Positions 7,901 through 15,045 are shown, counted from the first letter of the stretch. The stretch is 32,201 nt of DNA from Candidatus Aenigmatarchaeota archaeon (GCA_025058985.1 JANXEB010000044.1:1-32201); one strand, 5' to 3'. Notes: a model not told the origin generated them from the letters alone. Numbers and translations: made by a program.

Positions 7901-10629
7901 CAATAGTTTTTGACAAATTTACTCCTTTTAAAACTTCTAAATTTATAATAAATATATCTAATGGTGTAAGTTTATATGAATTTAGAGCATTTGCTACTTT
8001 TCCAAGATTAGATTATTGTTATGTATTTTCTTACAAATTTTCTAATTTTACTAGAAGTGGTAATTATAGTGTTTTTTCAAACATACTAACAAAAGCTAAT
8101 GATTTAATTAAAATAAAAAATAAAACTTTTTTTGTAAAATTTGGATATCCTGTAATTACAATAACAGCTGATAGAGCAATGCTATCTGGACAAAATCAGA
8201 CTTATTATGTCTCTATTTTTGCTAGTAAAGGAGATTTAAGAAATTTAACTATTGAGTTTAATAGTGAAGATGAAAATTATATAAACATAACAGAAGGCGA
8301 AAAAAAACTAAAATTCATAGATGAAGTATTTTATAATAAATCAAGTGAGAAAATTTCTTGGAAAATAAAAGCTAAATTGTTTGGAGAATCTAATAAAACA
8401 ATTTTAACTTTTATAAATGTAACTTCTAATACATCTATGAGCTATAATAACTCTAGTGAATTTGATATAACAATATACCCATTTGATTTAGAACCACCTA
8501 CAATAAATAGTTTTCACTTTGAAATTAACTCAATTAAAACAAATAAATCTAATATAAACGATAATTTAATAATAGTTGCAAATGTAACTGACAGTATTTT
8601 TGTTAAAGAAGTTAATGCATCTATAGTTTATCCGAATGGAATTGAAAAAAACGTTAGTTTAACAAAATATGATAAAGATTTATTCATTTTTGAATTTTCA
8701 AAAACAGATAAAGATATACAAATAAACGAAAGTGGAAATTATTCAGTAAAAATATTTGCTGTAGATTTGAACACTAGCTCTAATATAGTTGAGAGTGAAG
8801 AAAGCAATTTTACTGTATATAGCAATTATACAATAGAACTTTTAACTCCATTTAGTTTTTTCAATAGAGGAGAAAAGATTGTTCTTGTAGTTAGAGATGT
8901 TAATAGATTCAAAGTAAATAATTCTAATATTACTATTTATTTAATAGATTCGGATAACCAAACAATAAATAAAACAAGCTTTATTAGTAGTAATGGAATT
9001 GTAGAATTTTTTTTAGATCCAAATTATAGTTTACAAACATATAAGCTTAATATAACAGCTATAAAATACAATAATTTTGGATTTAATTCAACATCTTTTA
9101 CATTAACAAACTTATTGAAAATAAAAATACTAATACCTTCTGAAGGATTAACATTAGATCCTGGAAAAACTATTAAAAGTGTCGAAGGTTTACCAAGAGC
9201 AAAAATTTATAATTATAGAGAAGATAGAGAAATTAAAAATGCTATAGCAAATATTTTATGCTATGATATTAACTCAGTATTTACAATTTACAACGAAACA
9301 GAATTTTATTATAATGCTTGTGTAAGCGAAGCTAACGATACTTATAGCTTTTCTGGATGTGTTGATAGATGTTACTCTCCAAATAATTATGGTGCTAATT
9401 TTAATATAACAATTGTTGCATATGATAACTTTAACAATTCTGGATCATCTTTCGTTAATCTAAAAACAACTTCATTAACATTACCATCACCACCATCACC
9501 TGGAATAACTGGTGGAATAGGTATAGCTCCAAATGTTTCATGTATTTGTGAAAAAGACATTGCTAGAGGTTGTGGGATAAGTCCTTGTAGATATAATGAA
9601 ATGTATTTTGAAAGAATTGGTTGTAATCAATATTGTTCTCCAAATCAAACATTTTATTGTAAATTTTCTCCAGAATGTAATATTTCTTATTCAATAAGTT
9701 TTAAAGGAAATGAAACTAGAATATATATTGCAAGCGGGACTAACAGAACAATTTTTGCAAAAGTTGAAAATAATGGATATTCTAGATTAAAAATAAAGCT
9801 ATTTTATTCAATAAATTGTATTAATTGTGCTGTTTATGCAACAAACGAAAGTATTTTGGAAATAAATCCGGGGGAAGAAAAAGAATTGTCGTTCATAATA
9901 AATCCATTTTTAAACTCTACTACTGGAGAATATATATTTACTTTATTCTCTGAATCAGAGTATTTAACTAGTAGAGAATCTATAACTATAGTAGTTAATG
10001 AAAATGATGAAATAAAAATATTAAAGAATTTAAAAGAAGAAATAAAAAACTTAGAGAAAATTTATAACGAGTATAAAAATTTTGGAATAAGTTTAAAGAA
10101 AAGTTTTGAAGAGCTAAATAGTATTTTAAAAAGTGGGGAAAAAGCGATAGAAGAAAATTCACTTGAAAAATTAATTGATGTTAATGCTAATATGAAAAGA
10201 AAAATAGAAGAAATGAAGAAAGAAATTTCAGAAAAATATTTGTTGTTTGTATTATCAAAATTCAAATATGTTATAATATTATTATCAATAACAGCATTTT
10301 CTTCAATATACTTAATATTAGAAGTTATAGTTCCATACTTTAAAATAACAAGAGAAATTAGTTATTTGGCAAGTAAAGAAAAAGAACTAGTCAATGCAAG
10401 AAAAGAAAGCGAAGAACAATATTTTAAAAGAAAAATTTCAGAAAAAGCTTTTTATGATATGATGATAAAATACCAATCAGAAATATTAAAAATAAGAGGA
10501 AAAATAAAAGAGTTAAACATAATTAGAAAAAATTTATTGAGAGAAGCACTAAAAGCAAAAACATTCATTGATTTCTTGAAAAAAATGAATATAATGAAGT
10601 ATTTGAAATATCGTAAGAAAAAGGTATAG
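4897..10629 (+). CDS. Giant (1910 aa) surface protein, putatively N-glycosylated; candidate S-layer protein or adhesin
   Basis: A single 5.7-kb ORF with these parts, in order:
- an N-terminal hydrophobic signal or anchor (WIILIFLLIQFSYSQ)
- an ectodomain extremely rich in N-X-S/T sequons
- a discoidin-like module
- a Pro/Ser linker (PSPPSPG)
- a Cys cluster
- a coiled coil, a TM helix (VIILLSITAFSSIYLILEVIV) and a basic coiled-coil tail

The start overlaps the upstream CDS by 43 nt. Confidence 0.85.
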   Translation: MEGISTERNYWIILIFLLIQFSYSQIANLIIYPTQIYECIKFNRSSICNLTNIVTNDTLYEYLDITDSSSRKFGRINVSFFNLSIPHHWINVLRIYIKMRSDDYELMFGQHPTPLGNNEKDECYIAISENSTGIFIYSYVLTPSYISCKNFSNISLFIQEFEVTSFLNHINKIRSSAISWRGYDENDLRVGLAIDFIHIIVNYFNLTFSNWNLSKSEINRGELVNIHALFNITDVNHTFLIITTPLGEIVVLNRSYAGISNISLYLYWVNYTFNSFERTYKIAGIYSFGPIFVNNSFGGYNATFPKLNLTLWSFPMIERIFPEDYYIYVNENINILCAVSDNTTLYPLSRQPVRFWIDGSADDFNRTTNESGIATRGFLSSSVGNRTIDCEVFGNISSYYKQNLILRQNKSSTWVKVLELSAIPKLNKTTNIKVREPIRIFVNITNASFIKNVNAAINYLKINSSGSFNIIEFYNLTFSRTYAPDLQEYCLDYIPNSSGLYNVYITTEANQRTAFNSTSFFVDFGRIEIDVEFPKNKLLINQTFFAKIKFKAIDGDVLNINASLNSSNYSRLQLNNDVFFNSLFNLSSGETFTINKFWNLTSNDFGSVLLNITAIPSNGTYNSTSFNISIIGFETFILNKTLDFGNSTTIKAVIEKDSNATIIENVYLITKFFNITDYNTIELTNLKIDMQHIGIESNKYIFSTTFIPPRSGNYSGVISLNLTSTIITNSTENFNVSFGTSKISFLIPFYYVLTNQTFNITAIAEALNGDLWNVSFNLTIFDQKTINITENENFFHGKNIFIKNGSKYFEKWLAFSNNSGLNRMIVSLVSLYSNSSADESFEIIEPLEMEIENNQTYIDEFSNLIVPVVGNASEVNVNFTIFKAFDSGVESFLAKTVTIKNVIDCNIEIETGNVALLEKGSSAFSLGGSNANFSIDNNNNTAWITFSKDYLIVNLRSIFPVGKIELLWFGPSNSFANISYINENNEIIILEKNILIPTSLSTIVFDKFTPFKTSKFIINISNGVSLYEFRAFATFPRLDYCYVFSYKFSNFTRSGNYSVFSNILTKANDLIKIKNKTFFVKFGYPVITITADRAMLSGQNQTYYVSIFASKGDLRNLTIEFNSEDENYINITEGEKKLKFIDEVFYNKSSEKISWKIKAKLFGESNKTILTFINVTSNTSMSYNNSSEFDITIYPFDLEPPTINSFHFEINSIKTNKSNINDNLIIVANVTDSIFVKEVNASIVYPNGIEKNVSLTKYDKDLFIFEFSKTDKDIQINESGNYSVKIFAVDLNTSSNIVESEESNFTVYSNYTIELLTPFSFFNRGEKIVLVVRDVNRFKVNNSNITIYLIDSDNQTINKTSFISSNGIVEFFLDPNYSLQTYKLNITAIKYNNFGFNSTSFTLTNLLKIKILIPSEGLTLDPGKTIKSVEGLPRAKIYNYREDREIKNAIANILCYDINSVFTIYNETEFYYNACVSEANDTYSFSGCVDRCYSPNNYGANFNITIVAYDNFNNSGSSFVNLKTTSLTLPSPPSPGITGGIGIAPNVSCICEKDIARGCGISPCRYNEMYFERIGCNQYCSPNQTFYCKFSPECNISYSISFKGNETRIYIASGTNRTIFAKVENNGYSRLKIKLFYSINCINCAVYATNESILEINPGEEKELSFIINPFLNSTTGEYIFTLFSESEYLTSRESITIVVNENDEIKILKNLKEEIKNLEKIYNEYKNFGISLKKSFEELNSILKSGEKAIEENSLEKLIDVNANMKRKIEEMKKEISEKYLLFVLSKFKYVIILLSITAFSSIYLILEVIVPYFKITREISYLASKEKELVNARKESEEQYFKRKISEKAFYDMMIKYQSEILKIRGKIKELNIIRKNLLREALKAKTFIDFLKKMNIMKYLKYRKKKV

Positions 10630-11512
10630 CTTCTATACCTAAATTTTTTTCTATTTCTTTACAAAATTCATATACAAATCCGTGCACAACATAAATCTTT
10701 TTTGGACTAACTTCTACAATATAATCTAAAAGTTGATAAAAATCACAATGATCGGATAAAGGTAATGACTTAATTCCAAAATCTCTTGTTAAAGACCAAC
10801 CAGTAAAAACTATTGAGTTTTCATCTCCAATAAATTTACTTATAAGAGAAGTTGGTCTGACAATTATATTTGTCTTCTCTTCTGTAAACTTTATATCAAT
10901 ACCAAAATTTTTATAAACATCACAATAAGTTTTAACAGATTTTGTCACAGTTGGTTCTATTCCAATCATGTTTAAAATTTTGACAATGTCTTGAGCTTTA
11001 CCAAGTTGATAACCAAACAAACTAAAATTATTTTCATTATTAAAAATTTTTTCTAACTCAGAAATAATTTCCTCAACTGATGGAAACTTATATATTGGTA
11101 AGCCATAAGTAGATTCCATTATTAAAATATCAGCATTTTTTACTCTGTATTTACCTGCTGTTAAACCGAATGTTTTAATATCTCCACTGTAAAGAATCGA
11201 AAGTCCATCAAATTCCAAAAAAATTTGTGAAGAACCTAGAATGTGACCAGCTTCTAAAAATTCTACAGAAAAATCATCAAAATTTATTTTTTTACCAATT
11301 TTAACAATATTTGCTTTAAAACTAGGGTTTTTAGCTTTTATTAATTCAAAAGTTTCTTGAGTACAAAATGGTTCATCAACTATTATTTCGGGTAAATGAT
11401 CTTCATGTGCATGAGAAATAAAAGAAAAAGACTCAGAAATTGTCGGATCAAGAAAAACTTTTTTATCATTCGCTTTTATACAAATATTGTTCTTTCTAAT
11501 TATTTCAATCAT
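10565..11512 (-). CDS. MBL-fold nuclease (COG1236-like; resembles the short archaeal 'mRNA 3'-end processing factor' / ligase-associated exonuclease type)
   Basis: 315-aa ORF. Motifs seen: the HxHxDH motif (SHAHEDH), EAGHILGSSQ, YSGDIK, MESTYGLPIYKFP, GYQLGKAQ and a C-terminal LSDHCD..VHG. The pattern matches the metallo-beta-lactamase nuclease family recalled from memory. Confidence 0.65.
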   Translation of the reverse strand: MIEIIRKNNICIKANDKKVFLDPTISESFSFISHAHEDHLPEIIVDEPFCTQETFELIKAKNPSFKANIVKIGKKINFDDFSVEFLEAGHILGSSQIFLEFDGLSILYSGDIKTFGLTAGKYRVKNADILIMESTYGLPIYKFPSVEEIISELEKIFNNENNFSLFGYQLGKAQDIVKILNMIGIEPTVTKSVKTYCDVYKNFGIDIKFTEEKTNIIVRPTSLISKFIGDENSIVFTGWSLTRDFGIKSLPLSDHCDFYQLLDYIVEVSPKKIYVVHGFVYEFCKEIEKNLGIEAIPFSYDISNTSLYSFFSRNQ

Positions 11513-11798
11513 TAAATAAATTTTCTTCTTTTTTTAATTCATCATTCCAAACTTTAATATCTTCTTTATTTTCTGTTTCAACTAGTAAAAATTTTCCTTT
11601 TTCTTTCAAAGGAAAGATAAAAAAAGATTTTATTTGGTTCTTAGAATTTTTCAAAACTATTTTTTGTTTGTTTTCACTAATTTTAAAATCATCCAAGTTT
11701 CTATAATCATAAATAACATAAAAGCCTCTTTCAACAAGATTTCTAACTTCTATTTTTCCTTTTTTTGTTTTAGTTATCACTGATAAAGGAAAAACCAT
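11505..11798 (-). CDS. Hypothetical protein (97 aa)
   Basis: ORF with an ATG start. It overlaps the downstream nuclease gene by 8 nt (ATGATTGA), which suggests co-translation. I recognise no motifs. Confidence 0.45.
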   Translation of the reverse strand: MVFPLSVITKTKKGKIEVRNLVERGFYVIYDYRNLDDFKISENKQKIVLKNSKNQIKSFFIFPLKEKGKFLLVETENKEDIKVWNDELKKEENLFND

Positions 11799-11870
11799 AT
11801 TTAAAATTTATAAATACTTACTATATATATTTTTAGCTTTCGCAATGAAAGTATATATATCTGAATAAAT
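11799..11870 (+). promoter_or_regulatory. Candidate 23S rRNA promoter region (several TATA-like boxes)
   Basis: TTTATAAATA at 11807-11816 and TATATATA-type runs at about 11824-11832 and 11851-11861 lie upstream of the rRNA leader. I cannot choose between them in AT-rich DNA. Confidence 0.25.
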
Positions 11871-12004
11871 GAAGATGTGGGTACCTTTTGAGCACGAATG
11901 AAATCCTTAAGCAAAAGACTTAAGGATAGACATCGAAATCGATGAAAAAACAATATATTGAAAAAAAAATGAAAGACGAACTGTCTCTTTGAGATTAGCA
12001 GATG

Positions 12005-12041
12005 AGATGTCATAGGGTTATTTGGTAAAAAGGGTCTAGTG
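12005..12041 (+). repeat. 5' strand of the 23S rRNA processing stem
   Basis: 12005-12024 (agatgtcatagggttatttg) is the perfect reverse complement of 15363-15382. 12030-12041 (aagggtctagtg) is the perfect reverse complement of 15346-15357. The two helices are separated by a 5x5-nt internal loop. Confidence 0.85.
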
Positions 12042-12815
12042 AAAGAACCCATGTGGTGGATAGCTTGGCTCGGGAGCCGAAGAAGGGTGTGGCAAGCTGC
12101 AGTAAGCGTGGGGTAGGTGCATGCAACCATTGATCCCACGATCCCCAAATGCGAATCGTGTACCGTTAAGGTACATTCCGTCAAGGAAAGGGAACGCCCC
12201 GAATTGAAGCATCTTAGTAGGGGTAGGAAAAGAAATCAAAAGAGATGCCGGGAGTAAAGGGCGACTGAAACCGGCAAAGGACAAACCAAATCCTTTGGCG
12301 ATAAGTCAAAGGAGATGTGGAGTTTGCTGGGGCATACGTCCTCCCTAACCTATCGACTCGAAGTCCGTTGGAAAACGGCACCATAGAGGGTGATAGACCT
12401 TGCTATAGATATAGCAAGGGTCGGATCCCGTAGAGGAAGATAGGAAGGGAGATGGTATGCTTCCGGAGTACCATTCCCTAGGTAGGGAGTGGGAAGCTGG
12501 GTGTTATCAGCATCCAATCCTAAATACTCCCCGAGTCCGATAGCGAACTAAGTATCGTGAGAGAAAGCTGAAAAGAACCCCGAAAGGGGGGTGAAAAGAG
12601 CTTGAAACCACATGGGGATAGTCAGTACTGGTGAGAAAGGGCTAGAAGCCCATCATCAGTACGTCCGTTTCGTAGAATGGGGCAGGGAGTTTATCCCAGT
12701 GGTGAGGCTAAATACCTTAAAGGTATGGAGCCTTAGCGAAAGCAAAGGTATGTAGCTCGAAAAGAGCGTGATACCGGGTACGAAAGTGCCTAAATCACTG
12801 GGATAAGACCAGAAA

Positions 12816-12838
12816 CCTTAAGAGTTTTTCTCTTAAGG
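12816..12838 (+). other. Small hairpin insertion in 23S domain II
   Basis: ccttaagag-ttttt-ctcttaagg forms a 9-bp stem with a 5-nt loop. It can be extended by accag (12808-12812) pairing with ctggt (12839-12843). It sits between GACCAGAAACC and CAGGTGATCTA, which are contiguous in E. coli (GACCCGAAACCCGGUGAUCUA). Confidence 0.55.
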
Positions 12839-13851
12839 CTGGTAGCCAGGTGATCTATTCCCTGCTAGGTCGAAGCCCCTCTAACGAGGGGTGGAGGACC
12901 GCTACCGGTGGTGAGACCCAATCCCTCGGGTGAGCAGGGAATAGGGGTGAAAAGCCTAACGAACCTGGTAATAGCTGGTTTCCCCTGAAATGGACCGCAG
13001 TTCAGCCTCACCGGAGATTTGTTAGAGGGTAAAGCTACCGATTGGAAAGCCAAGGGTCGAAAGACCCAGCTTTCCTGTCGAACTCAGAACCTCTAACAAT
13101 CGAAGAAGGTGGGAGTGAGGGTAGGGGGGAAAGCTCCTTACCCAAGAGGGGAACAACCCAGACCCGTGTTAAGGCGCCTAAATGGAAGCTAAGTGATGAA
13201 GGGAGTGGAACTCCTTAGACAGTGGGGCTGTAGGCCTAGAAGTAGCCATCAGCTAAGAAGTGTGTAACAACTTACCCACCGAGGAGTTCTGCACCGAAAA
13301 TGGAAGGCACTAAGCTTCCTGCCGATACACGGGTTGCGATGCTGTATAGCATCGCAAGGTAAGGGGGCATTCAGGTAGGTGAGAAGTTGGGGTGTAAACT
13401 CCAATGGACCTGCCTGAAATGCAGATCCTGCCGAGAGTAACAGCATAACCGGGTGAAAATCCCGGCCACCTAAACCCCAAGGGTTTGCCGGCAATGTAAA
13501 TCAGCCGGCAGTTAGTCCTACCCTAAGGTGTTGGTTAACCTACAACACCGATTAGGGAAACCGGTTAATATTCCGGTACGCCTATCATAGAAGTGGCAAC
13601 ACAAGCTCATCTCCCGACACCTTGGGATATCGGCACGCAAGCTAAATCCATAAGCCCACGGAGTCTCGTAATGAGGAGAAGTGGGTAAAGGGGTGATGGG
13701 CTCTGCGTATGCAGAGTTGCCGAAATTCCTGGGGTCGCTGAAAAAGGAGATGAGAACGATTGATAGGCTAGGTACCGAGAACCGACACAGGTGGGGTTCC
13801 TGAGAAGGGAACGGTGGGTCGGGAGAACCATCCCCAAGGAACTCGGCAAAT

Positions 13852-14000
13852 AGTTGTGAGGGAAAATTTATTTGATCATGCCGAAGAAGAAGGAAGAGAA
13901 AAAGGGAAAGGAAGAAGAAAAACAATAGAAAACTTTTATTTCAAGCTTCAGAAATCACTACCAACTTTTTTCATTTTTTATCCCTCACACTAGTCGAAAT
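13852..14000 (+). other. About 149-nt AT/purine-rich insertion in 23S domain IV (expansion segment or intron)
   Basis: It interrupts the conserved junction GGAACTCGGCAAAT | TGGCTCCGTAACTTCGGGAGAAGG. It is closed by the stem tgtgaggg (13855-13862) / ccctcaca (13982-13989). It contains an uninterrupted 40-nt polypurine run at 13883-13922. Confidence 0.7.
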
Positions 14001-14615
14001 TGGCTCCGTAACTTCGGGAGAAGGAGTGCCTGTGGTCTCTAACCAATGGTAGAATAAATCTCTGCTATTGGGGTGGGACCATAGGTCGCAGTGACAAGGT
14101 CCAGGCGACTGTTTAACAAAAACGCAGGAGACCGCTAGTCTGAAAAAGATGTGTACGGTCTCTGAGGCCTGCCCAGTACGGGTGTGTGAAACCGGGTTTC
14201 AACCCGGCTAAGCCCCCGTAAACGGCGGCGGTAACTCTGACCGTCGTAAAGTAGCGTAATCCCTTGTCGCTTAATTGGCGACCCGCTTGAATGGCTTAAC
14301 GACTTGGACACTGTCTCGGGGATGGACCCGGTGAAATCGTCTTTCCGGTGTATAGACCGGAGACCCCCTGTGGGAAATGTAGACCCCGTAGAGCTTTACT
14401 GCAGCCTGGTGCTGCCGTATAATTTCTGCTACATAGAGTAGCTGGGACTCGTTACTAGACGTAGGCTTCGGCTGAAGTCGAGAGGAAGGTGTAACACCAG
14501 CTAGCGGAGATTATACGGCTTACCCTTTAAGGGGACAACACTAGGTGGGCAGTTCGGCTGGGGCGGCACTCCCTTGAAAAGATATCAAGGGAGCCCTAAG
14601 CTCAGCTCACCCTGG

Positions 14616-14700
14616 TCATCTCTAGAAGCTTAAGTGAATTATCCGCTCCGGTTTGAGATAAAAATGAAAGGAGAGGTAGCTTATGAATGCTTCTAGAGAC
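14616..14700 (+). other. About 82-nt insertion in 23S domain V with an 11-bp perfect closing stem (expansion segment or intron)
   Basis: tctctagaagc (14619-14629) pairs with gcttctagaga (14689-14699). Outside this stem, ctgg (14612-14615) pairs with ccag (14700-14703), leaving a 3-nt bulge tca (14616-18). The insertion lies in the loop of the hairpin equivalent to E. coli CCUGGUCGGACAUCAGG. Confidence 0.65.
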
Positions 14701-14878
14701 CAGAAAGAAATCAGGGGTAGAGTGTAAACGCAAAAGCTGGGCTGATTGGTTTCCGAACACAAGGAAATCAACCGCGAAAGCGTGGGTTAGCGATACTGTA
14801 ACTCCTACTGATAGGGGTTACAGGTATCGGAAAAGCTACCTCGGGGATAATGGGCCCGTGGCCGGTGAAAGTCCATAT

Positions 14879-14914
14879 GTCTCTATTGGGGTCTACAATA
14901 GTGACAGGACAAAT
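14879..14914 (+). other. 36-nt insertion in the apical loop of 23S helix 89 (peptidyl-transferase region)
   Basis: The flanks align without gaps to E. coli and yeast: 28 nt from GGGGATAA to CATAT, then CGAC plus 29 nt to GTCGGCTC. The extra segment gtctctattggggtctacaatagtgacaggacaaat lies exactly between CATAT and CGAC. It contains an internal hairpin, ctattg / caatag. Confidence 0.6.
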
Positions 14915-15011
14915 CGACCCGGCGCGTTGGTGCGTCGTTGTCGGCTCCGCCTCTCCTGGCCGTGCAGCAGCGGCCAAGGGTGCAGGTGCCCACTGATTAA
15001 AAGGCGACGCT

Positions 15012-15045
<34 letters not shown>

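Noticed and set aside
11870-12004. A possible 5S rRNA or other small RNA in the moderately GC-rich 23S leader. It contains hairpins at 11904-11926 (tccttaag/cttaagga) and 11931-11944 (catcg/cgatg).
   Set aside because: It is too short and too AT-rich for a 5S rRNA, and I see no conserved 5S loops. The hairpins are most simply leader or processing structure.
13878-13928. A 16-codon mini-ORF (MPKKKEEKKGKEEEKQ, with a stop) inside the 23S domain IV insertion.
   Set aside because: It is a by-product of the polypurine tract (GAA/AAG repeats). It has no recognisable translation signals and sits inside an rRNA transcript. I have no evidence that it is translated.
11904-14634. Recurrence of the palindromic core cttaag in several rRNA-associated hairpins: the leader at 11904-11926, the domain II insert at 12816-12838 and the domain V insert at 14629-14634.
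   Set aside because: A 6-nt AT-rich palindrome is expected to recur by chance in AT-rich inserts. There is no extended similarity between the elements that would indicate a common mobile origin.
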